The position numbers were made by a program, and so were the translations under genes. A DNA stretch of 63,974 bases from Gekko japonicus (Eukaryota): contig NW_015164758.1 in assembly GCF_001447785.1 (NCBI RefSeq), positions 64,328-128,301 on the forward strand. The letters run 5' to 3'. The notes below the pieces were generated by a model. The model made no database searches. It was not told where the DNA came from and saw nothing but the letters and a program-made list of their open reading frames with translations. Each line of letters begins with the position of its first letter. Positions within the stretch are counted from its first letter, which is position 1. This document shows, piece after piece, positions 38,580 to 51,920 of this stretch.

Positions 38580-39280
38580 GAGCAGGAACAATGTTAACAA
38601 TGATTTTTTAAAAAATCAATCTATACAGTGTACTTAAAATGTAAATTAAAAACATAGGCCTTGAATCGAGCCTCTAGATTGAGAACACCAGGCTAAATAG
38701 TCCTCAAAGTACATTAAATACAAATAAATATCCACAGGTTGAAGACATACAAATAAGACCACAATCACAGTAAACAAACATGTATTGGCCCAATGGGTAT
38801 TTTGTCAGATTGCAGATTGTATACACACACACCACCACAGAATGAACTGCCAAAATTAGATATAATTTACAGCAATACATATTTATGTGTAGGAATGGAA
38901 ATCATAAAACAAGACCCATGATCCTCATAAAGTCACCATTTGGCCACACAGTGCAAAACGTGCAAGAATCAATCAACGCCTATTTTGGCTTATACTAACA
39001 ACTGATCTTGGTGTATACGTGTATCTACGCATTAGTGACCACTGAAGAAGGCCCACTGGACTGAAGTGTGTCTGGTTCTAATTACTGTGACTGTGGTCTT
39101 ATTTGTATTTTAATTAACCTGTGGATATTGATTTGTATTAATTAATGTATATTAAGGACTACTTAGCCTGATGGTTTCAATCTAGAGGCTAAATCCAAGT
39201 CCTATATTTTTAATTTGTATTTTAAGTACACTGTACAAGGAATTGATTATTTTAATTCATTTTTAACATTGTTCCTGCTC
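38580..39280. mobile_element. Palindromic Penelope-like element with decayed hammerhead motif
   Basis: Inverted arms 38580-38773 and 39082-39280; CTGAAGA...GAAG-TGTG-TC core at 39038-39076. Confidence 0.7.
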
Positions 39281-39983
39281 CACCTTTGTTGTACCTAATT
39301 CAATTTCTGGAATGGATGGGTTTGTATTGCCTTTTTTTTGTGTGTGTGTATCAGTCCACAAGTATACCTTCATACGAGAACAGTATAGTCTACTGCAATG
39401 ATCAATGTTATCATTTACTATTGCAGGTATCATATGTTATTTACCTCACTGTTTTATACCTTGTAATCCCACATTTTGTATTGTTCAAACAATACCTTTG
39501 CCTTAGGCAGTTAGCTGTTTCTCACATTGTCTTTGAGTTTTGTATTCCTACTGCTACTCCATTCTTACATTTCTCTCTCTCTCTCTCTGCTCCGTAATCT
39601 GCCTTGAATCTCAGTGAGAAAGGCGAGCTATAAACAAACTGAATGACTACTTTCTTATCAACATTATATTTACATGACATAAAATAATACTGCCATATTT
39701 AGAAAACTGTATAAATGCTTTCATTTGGCAGAAGTAAAACTGCAAATATACACAGTACTACAGAGAAAGAGCTGCAAAGTGCGGCATCCTACACTACCAC
39801 GCTTATGCATATATCTTAGTTTTTGCCATTTCAGAGGCAGGAAAAATGCAAGCTGAAAGTTAAAAACATAAATGATGTAAAAACAGAATGTCTTATTTGA
39901 ACAGAAAGTTGCATACATTCACAGCAGGACTAGCAGAATATCTGAATATCACGTAGAACTTTTTAACACTGAAAGCACTGAAC

Positions 39984-40632
39984 TAGAGATGTAAAATTTC
40001 TGGAAATATTGAAGCTCAGAAAAAAAACCGTTTTTTTTTCCGGGGGGAAATGGAAATTTTCTGAAAAATTGAAAAAAATGCTACATTAGCATTTATTTTG
40101 TCTTTTCTAGATTGAAAGTCATTCTGTTACTTTAGGAACATAAAATATGACTATGGACATTTTTACTTGGCATGAAATTATCACAACTAACATATTAAAA
40201 ATATAGTGTATCCAAACAATTATTACAAACAGAATACCCACCCACATGCAAAAACAAAACTGAAACTTTTTTATTTTTTTCTGACAATCGCACCTCCTAA
40301 AGGAAGAAATGCATCTTGTTCTTGCTTTGGAGAGTTCAACTTGTAACCTAGGACTTGCTTGTCCTCAGTGCACAGAAATTAGATCAATCTAAATTAGATC
40401 AATCTGATATATATATGAATGAAATGATTTGGAAAATATTTGAACACCTTGTCTTAAAATATTTTATTCATCATGTTAAAATAAAACGTTCCATAATCAA
40501 TTTTCTTTTCTTTTCTTTTTTCAATTTTTCGGAAAAAAACAAAAAGGCTTCAGGGGAAAAAAAGGGGGAAAAAAGGGGAAACCGGGTTTTTTCCGAATTT
40601 TCCGAGTTTTTTCCTGGGCCTTCACTTCTCTA
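39984..40632. mobile_element. Non-autonomous hAT element
   Basis: TAGAGATGTAAA ... TTCACTTCTCTA ends; 8-bp TSD CACTGAAC. Confidence 0.85.
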
Positions 40633-43600
40633 CACTGAACTCCTCAATAGTGTGGTACCATCATTCTCAGTATAGCCTAATAACTTTGGACAGAATTAAT
40701 CACTTTTAAACAATAACTGTGTACGTGTGTGTGTGTGTGTTAAACAATAACATATAATGCTATTAATGTCTACAGTAGCCACAGGGATTCTGATTCTTTA
40801 ATTCTACTGATTGTTATATAGGAAAAAATCTTCACCCACACATTTTGAATGTGTAAAACTTTGCCCTTAAAACATTTCACTTCTTCTGTTTTTCACCAGT
40901 GCTCTACAAGATTTCCAATTTTTCTGTTGGAAAAAACCTGGAAAGTCTTTCTGAAAAATCTTGAGTCTTTCCAGCCCTTCAGACTCTACTGCCACCCCCA
41001 AAAGTTCCTTCAATAGAAAAACGACACTGCCCTCCCCCCATATTTGTAATCTGTGAAATCTTCTCAGATTCCTTTTATAATTTGTTTAATGTAAAACATG
41101 TGATATACGCATATATAATACACTGGTAAATCAATTTACACAAAAATGGCATAAAACTCGTAGAAACATTTTGTCAGTTCTCTGCTACTTCAAAACCAAC
41201 ACATTTGCTTATCAATTAAACAGCTAACAACTGTAAGTAAGGACAACTGGTCAATACTTGAACAAAATGCATTTTTAAATAACTGTCCTGTAAGTAAAAC
41301 ATATCTTACTTTCTTGCATACACTACTGGCGGCCCTGGAAAAGGCACCTACACATATTGAAAATACAGATTCTGCGTTTTCAAACAGTTGCTAAATATAT
41401 TACCATGGCCAACTCCACGTAGAAAGGATGCACTTTTTCAAACTGCGCAACACCACACCAGATGGGTGTCTTAGTTCTGCTGAGGATCACTTTGGCATGC
41501 CACATTATGAATTACTTCTGTTTCTGCACAGGAAAAGGAAGCCTAACAACCTTATCTTATGCAGAATTATCCCAATCAATGTAGTCAGTTCTTTCATTTG
41601 TTTTGCAAATGAAAGCACATAAGTTTAAAGAAACAGGAAAGAAACAGGAAGCAGCACCCTGCTCAAACAGTGAATGTACTTCTAACCACAAATACCCAAT
41701 GCTAGACAGTCCCTCTACTGACCTGCTGCCTGGGACACTTTCTCCCTTAATATTCCCTACCAGAACAAAGCCAGACTATGGTAAAGTTGTGAAAAATGAT
41801 CCTGCCTGTTTAAGATGAAAAGATGTGAGCTGGGTGTTCCAATTTTCTAGAAGAACTGGGCAGGGGAAAAGGAGCTCTGCCACAAATGAGACGTGGAGCC
41901 ATCCCATCTGGTCTAGAATTCCCCCCTCTCCATTGTATGTGGATGTGGATCTATTCACAGTGGTTAGAGACCCACACTTTCTTACTGCATCATTTGTTTA
42001 TAGCTTGTTCCTCTCTCCCATGGACCCCCAAGCGGCATACACTTGGTACCCAGCTAGCCCCTCATCCAGGCACTGATCAGATACTCAGTCGGTTGTGATT
42101 TTATTTTTTTACAATTCATTCATTTATTATACTTCTACCGCACTCTAAATAAAGCATTTTAGGATCTAACTGGAAAAGCGGCTAGGATGCAGCAGGATCT
42201 TGTGGTCTTTACAGCACTACAATAACCCGACACACTGGATCACAAATAAATTATAGTGCTTAGGTAACATGTATATCTGAGAAGTGCATTCAACTGCAAT
42301 GACAATGCATTACGGTCTTTGTCATGAATACTGGATTTCTGCCACTGAAATGCTAGCATACCGCATCCATGATTTTCATGCTGAAAGACATGGCACAAGC
42401 ATTCAAAATAATGAATGTGGTGGGCTTATCATTGGAATATAAACTATGACGACCCATCACCAGACAGGGGTGTTAAACCCCTGCAGAGTTTCGAAAGATC
42501 CATGATTATTTTGCAGTCTGCTGGCAAAAGTGTGAACTATGGTTAGACTACAGATTTTGTGGGACTGCTTGCGAGAGAAAACCGCATGAGGACCTGTGCT
42601 TCAGATCCAGGCAGCAACGCATTAAGATTCCCGCTCGTTATGATTCTCTCTCCGTCTTCAAAGTACAATATAATTAGATGGTTGATCTGAGGCAGCTGCA
42701 CGTAAAAATGCATCAGGATCCGTGTGTCATAATTAGGTTTCTGAGCCACAAGAAGCACTTAAATCCATGGTTTTCATGACGCAGTCCATGGGGCATGCAT
42801 GTGTGATCAGGATTTGGAACGTCTTAATGTAAAAGCCACTGAGATCAGTAACTCAGACCAACGGTTTTGTGACACAGCCACGACACCTCGGCTGGACCTA
42901 TTATTTTTATGATGCTGTTTATGGACACAGATATAATGCATCTGCCTGCAAAATTCACCAGGATCACAAACATCCATCCCACAGTTCTATATTTCTGCAC
43001 CACATCAGAGATGCTGGATGCAGCACTGTTATGATACTGCTGGTGGGCTTGAAAATCTGACACATCTGCTTTTTAGCTAAAAAAAAGGAGAAAACATCCT
43101 CAGTCATTTCGGTGGGCTTGAAAATGAACGACGTTTAGAAGATTCCTCTGACACATCTGCTTTCTAGCTAAAAAAAGGAGAAAACATCCTCAGTCATTTG
43201 CACTGTCCATTTGGGTCCTACTCCAAAGTGGTGTCCTAATGTGTTGATTCTTCACTTCTCAGCTTGCAGCTCCTGCGAAGCAGTGTCACCTCTGATCAGT
43301 CAGTGGATTTGGGATTTTCCTCATGTCAAAGTCATACAGATTTATGCTTGAGATCTACCACTGTACACTGTCATGGGGCCACAAAATGCCAAATCTGTGA
43401 TTTCTGCAATACAGTTTTAGGGTCTGACGCAAGCTCTGATGAGCCAATGGATTCTTGTAATGTATATGAAATCATGAGGAACCAAGCTTCAGATTTAAAT
43501 TCTGTTATCATAATTCATCTACAATATTTACCATGCAATCTGTTCACACAGACATTAGCTATGACTGCAGAGTGAGTTCTGTATACAGATGCCAGGAAAT

Positions 43601-44189
43601 ATGAGTATATATGCCTCAAATTTGGCCACACTCGCTGCAATAGATTTCTGTGGTGTATTCAAGCAACAATGAAAACTGGTTTTATAGTCCGTTTCTGTGG
43701 TCCTTACATACCAGTCAACACATTTCTCACGTTAAAACGACTAGATGAAACGACATTCCCAAATTATAGTAACAGAGAAAAACAAGCCTTCGGCTCCACG
43801 TGCAACTTTCTGAACATGCTTTTAAAAACACTGCCCATTTCCTGGAAACCGACTCAGATTTAGCTTAAAACTTTCTTCCCAGTGAGCGTGCAGTCCAGTT
43901 ACAACCCAAAGGGAAGTTCCAGGTGGGTAGCCGTGTTGGCCTGAAGCAAAAGAACAAAGTTTGATTCTAGTGGCAACTGACAAAGTTTAATTCTGGGTAT
44001 CAGCTTTCCTGCCGGTCCCTTAAAGGTGCCACCGATTGGACGCAAACTTTCTTCTCACCCCAAGAAGACACTGCACAGTTCATCACTTGCAAACTTCCCC
44101 CATGCCTTTGCAACTAGGAGAGAGGCCCCCTCCGTTTGGACTGCAGAGGCCAGAGATCCCCGGAAAGCTCCCAATTGCCACTGCCGGCC

Positions 44190-45069
44190 CTCTGAGTGAG
44201 TGTGAGCTAGCTCACAGTTATTTAGCCTCTGGCTCACACATTGTTGTCTTACCTCAGGAAGAAGGGCTCCTAGAGCCAGACTAATTCATGCAGCAGCCCA
44301 AATCACCTGCTCACAACTTTCATGCCAGCAGTTCCCAAAGTAGACGTTTTCCTCACAAGGCTCCACAGCTGAGAGGGAGCATTGGATGTTCCCTCTAAGC
44401 TGAGTCTCAGTGTGAGCCAGCTCAGTTCTTTAGCCTGTGGCTCACACAGTTTTTGTCTCAGCCCAGGAAGGAGGAGGGCTCCAGAGCCAAACTAATTTCA
44501 AGCAGTGGCCAACGTCAGCTGCTCACAACTTTCCTGCCAGCAGTTCCCAAAGTAGACGTTTTGCTCACAAGGCTCCACAGCTGAGAGGGAGCACTGGATG
44601 TTCCCTCTAAGTTGAGTCTCAGTGTGAGGCAGCTCACAGTTCTTTAGCCTCTGGCACAGGCATTTCTGTCTCAGCCCAGGAAGGAGGGCTCCAGAGCAAA
44701 CTGATCTGTGCAGCAGCCAAATTACTTGCTCATAGCTTCTTTTCGTCTTAGCTCAGGAAGGAGGGCTCCAGAGCAAACTGGTCTATGCAGCAGCCGAATT
44801 ACTTGCTCACAGCTTCTTTTAGCCCAGGAAGGAGGGCTCCAGAGCAAACTGATCTGTGCAGCAGCCAAATCACTCGCTCACAGCTTCTTTTCATCTTAAG
44901 CCCAGGAAGGAGGGCTCCAGCGCAAACTGATCTGTGCAGCAGCCGAATCACTCGCTCACAGCTTCTTTTCGTCTTAGCCCAGGAAGGAGGCTCGCTCACG
45001 ACTTTAATGCCGGTTGCTCACAGAGTAGAATTTTTGCTCACGGGACTCCGCGGCTTGGAGGGAACATTG
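44190..45069 (+). repeat. Head-to-tail array of three hAT MITEs; the third is expanded by ~71-78 bp internal tandem repeats
   Basis: Junctions at ~44385 and ~44597; repeated caggaaggagggctccag at 44677, 44754, 44825, 44903 and (partial) 44980. Confidence 0.85.
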
Positions 45070-46102
45070 CTGCAGTCGCAAAGTACAGTTTCCGCCCACA
45101 GGGCCCCACAGTTCAGAGGGAGCACCGCCACCCCCACCCGGGGCAGGAGAGGCATCGGGGGGCGCTCTGCCGCATCTGGCCGAAGAGAGCCGNNNNNNNN
45201 NNNNNNNNNNNNNNNNNNNNNNNNNNNNNNNNNNNNNNNNNNNNNNNNNNNNNNNNNNNNNNNNNNNNNNNNNNNNNNNNNNNNNNNNNNNNNNNNNNNN
45301 NNNNNNNNNNNNNNNNNNNNNNNNNNNNNNNNNNNNNNNNNNNNNNNNNNNNNNNNNNNNNNNNNNNNNNNNNNNNNNNNNNNNNNNNNNNNNNNNNNNN
45401 NNNNNNNNNNNNNNNNNNNNNNNNNNNNNNNNNNNNNNNNNNNNNNNNNNNNNNNNNNNNNNNNNNNNNNNNNNNNNNNNNNNNNNNNNNNNNNNNNNNN
45501 NNNNNNNNNNNNNNNNNNNNNNNNNNNNNNNNNNNNNNNNNNNNNNNNNNNNNNNNNNNNNNNNNNNNNNNNNNNNNNNNNNNNNNNNNNNNNNNNNNNN
45601 NNNNNNNNNNNNNNNNNNNNNNNNNNNNNNNNNNNNNNNNNNNNNNNNNNNNNNNNNNNNNNNNNNNNNNNNNNNNNNNNNNNNNNNNNNNNNNNNNNNN
45701 NNNNNNNNNNNNNNNNNNNNNNNNNNNNNNNNNNNNNNNNNNNNNNNNNNNNNNNNNNNNNNNNNNCTCCTCCTCCTCCTCCCCCGGGGTTTCGCGAGCT
45801 CCTTTGGAACTCGGGGCCGAGGCTGCTCCGGGTCCGGCGGCCGGTTTGCAAAGCTTGGCCCGGGCTGGGCTTTGTTGGAGCCGGATGGCGGCCTCCCTCT
45901 CTCCTCGAGGCCGCTGGCACCGTCCCGAATGCGGGCAGATGCCGACGGAAGGTGCGGTGCGGTGCGGATGAAACCTCTGGCTGGCTGGCTGGCAGCGGGA
46001 CGCGCGGAGGAGAGGCGCAGCCCAGACGGCCCTGCGCCGCGGCTTCCTGGGGCCCCTCGCTGTCGGGTGCAGGGTGCAAGTGTGGGCGAGGGTGCGGCAG
46101 GG
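45070..46102 (-). promoter_or_regulatory. TGFBR1: CpG island: TGFBR1 promoter, with exon 1 presumed inside the N gap 45193-45766
   Basis: Strongly CpG-rich unique sequence upstream of exon 2, on both sides of the gap; no signal-peptide exon found elsewhere. Confidence 0.75.
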
Positions 46103-46278
46103 CAACGCTCCCTCTAAGCTGCGGAGTCCCGTGAGCAAAAATTCTCCTTTGTGAGCGCCTGGTCATTAAAGTTGTGAGCAGGTGATTTGGCTGCTGCGTA
46201 ATTCAGGCTGCTCTGGAGCCATCTGCGAGGCTAAAGAACTGCGCTGGCTCACACCCGCTCAGCTTAGGGGGAATGCTG
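46103..46278 (-). mobile_element. hAT MITE, same family, at the CpG island edge
   Basis: caacgctccctctaagctgcggagtcccgtgagc ... cagcttagggggaatgctg. Confidence 0.85.
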
Positions 46279-46516
46279 GTGTAGGGCAGGGGACAACTTG
46301 CGGGTCAGGAGGGGGAACGCACAGCAAGCCGCCGCTGGGGAAGCCCAGAAAACCTGGCAACAGACCTGCATGAAGAGTCCCCAGGAAAATCAGACACCGG
46401 ACAGGGTTTATGAAGCGTATTTAACTCAGATTAGGGAGAAAAGTCTTCTTGAGCAAAGAAGTAGGAAAGAGCAAGATGGTAGCACCTTAAAGATCAACAA
46501 AATTGGTGTCGGGGTG

Positions 46517-46751
46517 GAACGCTCCCTCTAAGCTGTGGAGTCTTGTGAGCAAAAATTCTCCTTTGTGAGCGCCTGGTCATTAAAGTTGTGAGCGAGCGAT
46601 TTTGGCTGCTGCATACATCAGTTTGCTCTGGAGCCCTCCTTCCTGAGTGAAGATGAAAATCTGTGAGATGAATGCTAAAAACCTGTGAGCTGGCTCACAC
46701 TAACTCAATTTAGAGGGGATGGCGGGATATAAATCTAATAAATAAACACTG
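46517..46751 (-). mobile_element. hAT MITE, same family, nested in a Penelope-derived palindrome
   Basis: Family similarity; an L2-type tail fragment interrupts the right TIR. Confidence 0.75.
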
Positions 46752-48883
46752 GTGGGGTGTGAGCCTTCGCAGGCACTCAGGAAGGCTCACACGCTGCTAC
46801 ACATTTGGTTATACTTTCAGGTGCTCCTGCAGTCTTGCCCTTGTCTACTGATACAGGCAGACGGACGCAGCTACCCATCTTGATCTATTGAACAAAGAAG
46901 GTTTGGAAACATCGCTGTTCATCTGATGTGAGGTGTCACACCTGTGCCTCTGTCTTCACTCTGCACTGAGGGATGCCTCCGTATACCCAGTGGACCGTGC
47001 TCAGTGAGATCTGTGAGACATAGTGCAATCTTGTGCATGTCTACTCAGAAGTCAGTCCCATTATGTTCAATGTTGCTTACTCCTGTGTGCCCCCCCCCCC
47101 CCGGACTTTCCAGGAGCCAGCAGATCCTGCAGTGTACACTGCTGGATCCCAGTACCATTCAGATCTGCTGCTGACATGCAGGGGTGCCTGGATTTCTATG
47201 GCATCCCACAAAACTGTTGGGGAAACATGTTTCAGAGAGCCAGAGCCAGCGAAGTGTGTGTCCAATGGCCAATCAAAAGCCTTGCTGGGGGAAAGCCCCA
47301 CCCACTGTCTAAAAACACTCGGCCAGCCCCCGGAAAGGTGTCAGTGGGTACCATGGCACCAGTTAGAGACCCCTGCCTTAACTTGTTTGGGAAATCCATT
47401 ACCGCATTTACTCATTTTCTTTCTCCTCCTTGCCCCAAGTACATTCCTATGGTTCCTGTCATGAGTTTCCAGCAGATGAGTACTAAAACGAAAAGCACAA
47501 CAGCATTATACTTGTGGGTAAAGGCCCCCGCTTGTCATCATGCACAGACTGGTGGGTGGACGGGAAGAACACATTTGCGTGAGGCTCGGATCACAGTGTC
47601 GTTCCCAGCAGTATTTCATTTGAAGCCTGAATCGCACCAGCATTTCTGAGAACTCCGTAAGGTTTTTTGGAGAGCAAAACTGAACTTGTGAGTCCCTTGA
47701 TAAGATTGTGAGGGTCACCTCGTGCCTGAGAGTCTGCCAGTAAAACTGCGTAATGTTGTTGTTTTTAAATCTCAGGTTTCACAATGAAGACGAATTCAAT
47801 TGTATGCGAACACAATGAATTCATGACCACTCTCTCCTCCCTCAGTACATTGTAGCAGAAGAACTGAATTTCAGCATTGCATTCATGACTCCTACTAATT
47901 ATTTCATAATCGGTCACACTCTCCTTGAATCATACCCTAACCTTGTTGGAACAATCACAGTACTTTTGAACACTTACATATATCTAGTCATAGATTTGGA
48001 CCCATTTATTAAACTTTGTTGACTGCTGCATTTGATAATACTGTAACGTGAGGCAGAGTCCATAGGCACTGCTTCACATGGCAGTGTACATGTAAAAGAA
48101 GAAGAGATTGGAGTTATACCTTGCCCTTCACTACCCAAAGGCGTCTCAGAGTGGTTTACAATCTCCTTCCCCTCCCCACAACAGACACCCTGTGAGGGAG
48201 GTGGGGCTGAGAGAGCTCTTGACAGAAATTGCTCATGAGAGAACAGCTCTGAGAGAACTTGTGACTGACCCAAGGTCACCAAGCTGGCTGCATGTGGAGG
48301 AGTGGGGAATCAAACCCAGTTCTCCCAGGTTAGAGTCCGCACACCAAACCATTATACCAAACTGGCTCTCCAGTTTGTGCAAACGGACCAACTCGATCAC
48401 ACACACGTGAAGCTTCTTTACACCGTATCAGACCCTGGGCCCATCAAGGTCAGTACTACTATCTGCTCAGACCATCAGCGGCTCTCCAGAGTCTCAGGCT
48501 GAGGCTTTTCTCATCACCCGCTGCTTGGTCCTTTCAACTGCAGACGCCAGGGATTGAACCTGGGACCTCCTGCACGCCATGCAGAGGCTCTTCCATGGAA
48601 CCACAGCCCCTCGCCTGAGGGGAAGCGCCAGTAGGTCTTCGCCTGAAGGCGGAGAGCTCCTGCTGACTTCATGCAGGCGCTTGATCCAGACAAGGGAATC
48701 CATACCTAGCAGTCGTCTGTTGTGGCCTCCCAACCCCGAGTCCAGTTTGAGGAGGTGAAGCTAAGCTCCAAGTCTTGCCGAGATCAGGAGCACCAGAAGA
48801 AGAATGGGGCAACCAGGCTGACCCCTCTGCTGAAGCCTGACCTCTGCAGATAACGGCATCTGCCTTGGGACCATTCTGAACGA

Positions 48884-49172
48884 CTCCTTGGCTGATCGGC
48901 TTCCTGGTCTGCACGCCCCGGCTTCTTCCTGGCTGCCTTGACAAGGCCTTGCTGGGTCGGCCTGCAGCACCCTTTCTGCCACTGCCTGTTTCGCCGAGGT
49001 AGGTGGATCCCAAGTAGGATGGCTCCTTGGCTGATTGGCTTCCTGGTCTGCACGCCCCGCCTTCTTTCTGGCTGCCTTCCCTTGACAAGGCCTTGCTGGG
49101 TCAGCCTGCAGCACCCTTTTCTGCCACTGCCGGTTTCGCCGAGGTAGGTGGATCCCAAGTAGGCTGTTCCTT
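48884..49172. repeat. Tandem duplication, ~140-bp unit x2
   Basis: ctccttggctgat...ggtggatcccaagtagg repeated. Confidence 0.85.
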
Positions 49173-50639
49173 GGCCAATGTCCCGCCATTCTGACAATCC
49201 AGTTTGGGGGGAAGGCAGGAAATGTCACAGTGGTGGAAAGTGCCATCAAACTGCAGCCGGCTCATGGCAGCCCCCACAGGGTTTTCAAGACGAGAGACGT
49301 TCAGAGTTGCCTGCCTCTGTGTAGCAGCCCTGGATGTCTTCGACGGTCTCCTATCCAAGGACTAACCAGGGATGACCCTGCTTAGCTTCCGAGATCTGAC
49401 AAGATAAGGCTAGCCGGGGCCGTCCAGGTCAGTGTGGAAAGGTAGTGAATGTAAATTTTTAGTTCTTAGAAACATACCCGACACAAAGCCCAACAGAACC
49501 AAAATCCCTTCTGTATGTGATGGGAGTTTTCATCTTCCATCGCTTTTCCCATAGTGCCCCTTGGTTATGTCTAGAAGAAGAAGAGATTGGATTTATACCC
49601 CGCCCTTCACTCGGAGTCTCAGAGCGGCCTACAAACTCCTTTCCCCACAACAGACACCCTGGGAAGTAGGTGGGGCTGAGAGAGCTCTCTCAAGAACTGC
49701 CCTTGAGAGAACAGCTCTGACAGAACTATGGCTTGCCCAAGGTCATCCAGCCAGGTGCAAGTGGAGGAGTGGGGAACCAAATCCGGTTCTCCCAGATTAG
49801 AATCCGCGCACTTAACCGCTACACCAAACTGCCTTAACCACTACGCCAAACTACACCAAAGAGGCAGTAACTTAGACACAATCAGAAAACTCACTGCAAC
49901 TATTACTGCTTCTCAAACCGGCTATCTCTGCCTCAGGCCACCACCCAGAGCTTTTCTTTAAGTCGTGCTTCTGAGTCTGCAGGATCAGCTTTACTCCGTG
50001 CCCCAAAAGTCCCAGTATGAGGGACAAATCACTTCCTTCTCGACTTCTTCTCTATTCCCGTTTCCTTAAAAAAGGGTTACCAGATGTCATCTCGTGTCCT
50101 CTTTTGGGGGGCTCTTTTTAAAAAAACCCCGATGAGAATGCCCTCTTCTTGGCTTGTGGGGCTGGGCCCGTTTTGCCCTCTAGTTGCCCCAGTGGAGGCA
50201 AGCTTCGCCTTAAACACCAGCGGAGCTATTTGAAATGAGATCTGTCACCACGATCAGTTGTGTTTGAAGTAGCCAGTCGGGAAACACCTCCTCTTTTTCG
50301 CTTTTCAAAATAATAATAATAAGAGATTGGATTTATACCCCGCCCCTCACTTGGAGTCTCAGAGTGGCTTACAAACTCCTTTCCCTTCCCCTCCCCACCA
50401 CAGACACCCAGTGAGGTGGGTGGGGCTGAGAGAGCACAAACTGCTCTTTTTCAAGGACAGCTGTGCCAGAGCTTGTGACTGACCCAAGGTCACATCAGCA
50501 GGTGCAAGTGGAGGAGTGGGGAATCAAACCCGGTTCTCCCAGATTAGAGTCCGTAACACTTAACCACTACACCAAACTGGCTCTCTAAGGTAACCCTATT
50601 CAAAAAGAAACCATTTATTATGAGTGTAACCTTGAATGT

Positions 50640-50850
50640 CATGACCTAGATAGCCCAGGCTAGCCTGATCTCATCAGATCTCGGAAGCTAAGCAGGGTCA
50701 GCCCTGATCGGTACTTGGACAGGAGGCCGCCAGCAAAGCCCAGGGTCGCTACGCAGAGGCAGGCGATGGCAAACCGCCTCTGGACGTCTCTGGCCTTGAA
50801 AAGGGTTGCATGTCACCATCCATCGGCTGCGACGTGACCGCACCTTCCAT
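50640..50850 (+). mobile_element. 5S rRNA-headed SINE; other copies at ~8380-8600, 14610-14700, 33230-33400, 49230-49430, 59190-59402, 61480-61650
   Basis: gatctcggaagctaagcagggtc...gtacttgga matches the 5S internal control region, followed by a non-5S tail. Confidence 0.75.
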
Positions 50851-51920
50851 CTCCACAAAACCTAGAATATCCACCGTCATAACTTTATTAAGATTGTTTT
50901 AGCCACCTGTGCGAGTGGATCGATTCAGGAATTAGCATGCAGAGTTTTGTCCCCCGGCTGCTCAAGATCCATCAGAAAAAGACCTCGACACTCTGGCCGA
51001 ATTCTAAGCGTCACCTTTTCTGTTGCGCACAACCTTGAAAGGGTACTCCCCTAGACTCCACCACTCCTTTCCCTCCAGCCGTAGCCGGAAACCCCACCCC
51101 CAACTGTCGTCCCCCGACGGCCGACTCCTCATCATCACCCAAGAGTCTAAAACGGGGTTTCTTCACTGGCTGCAGGGCTACCGATTCATCCAGTCCGGAA
51201 ACTGTCGCTAAATTTCTTTTTGGTACCATTTCTATTCGCCCTTTATTTAATCGATTGGTATACTGACGGTAATTCCTGACATCTGTTTTTTTGCAACTAT
51301 TATTTTATGCCGTTGTTGTTTTTGTTGTACATGGGTCTGTAAGGGTTGCATGCCAATAAAGGTAATTGGATTGGATTCCTCCAGGCCTGTCAACAGTTCT
51401 TTCTTCAACCAGTAAATCAATGGATTGTAATTCCAAGGATTATTTTGCACCCCGACTGCATTCAAAGCCAGAGGGAGTCTGCTCTCCCTCGAGGAAGAGT
51501 TAACCACAACGGCCGGCCTCTTTCTGGCAGAGACATTGGACCGGTGTGGGCAAGAAGCCAGAAGACTAGTGCAGGACTCGGGAGGATCTTTTCCACATCG
51601 TCTGGCAGCATACACAGAAAGGCATCCAAAACGACAGGGCAAGTGTCTCGTCTAGAACTGGGCTTGCATTTAGTGTGGCATTCAAGCTGGAACGGGTGTG
51701 AGCTAGCGTCTGCAAACCCGTTCCAGCAGACTAGCGCGGGTTCCTCCAACTCATCCCAAAGAGCAAGAGGTATTCATGCCTTTATCGACTCACCGCACAG
51801 ATGCAGTAGTGGTGGTGCCATGTCACCATTACAGTTTGGTGTAGTGGTTAAGAGTGCGGACTCTAATCTGGGAGAACTGGCTTTGATTCCCTACTTCTCC
51901 ACATGCAGCTGCTGGCGTGA

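Noticed and set aside
44670-44990. CRISPR-like periodic repeats
   Set aside because: Eukaryotic DNA, no unique spacers; the units are MITE-internal tandem repeats.
44785-46166. 340-450 aa ORFs
   Set aside because: Artefacts of reading through the N gap and MITE repeats.
50660-50730. 5S rRNA gene (and tRNA genes at SINE heads)
   Set aside because: Partial, diverged and fused to SINE bodies; no full-length RNA gene.
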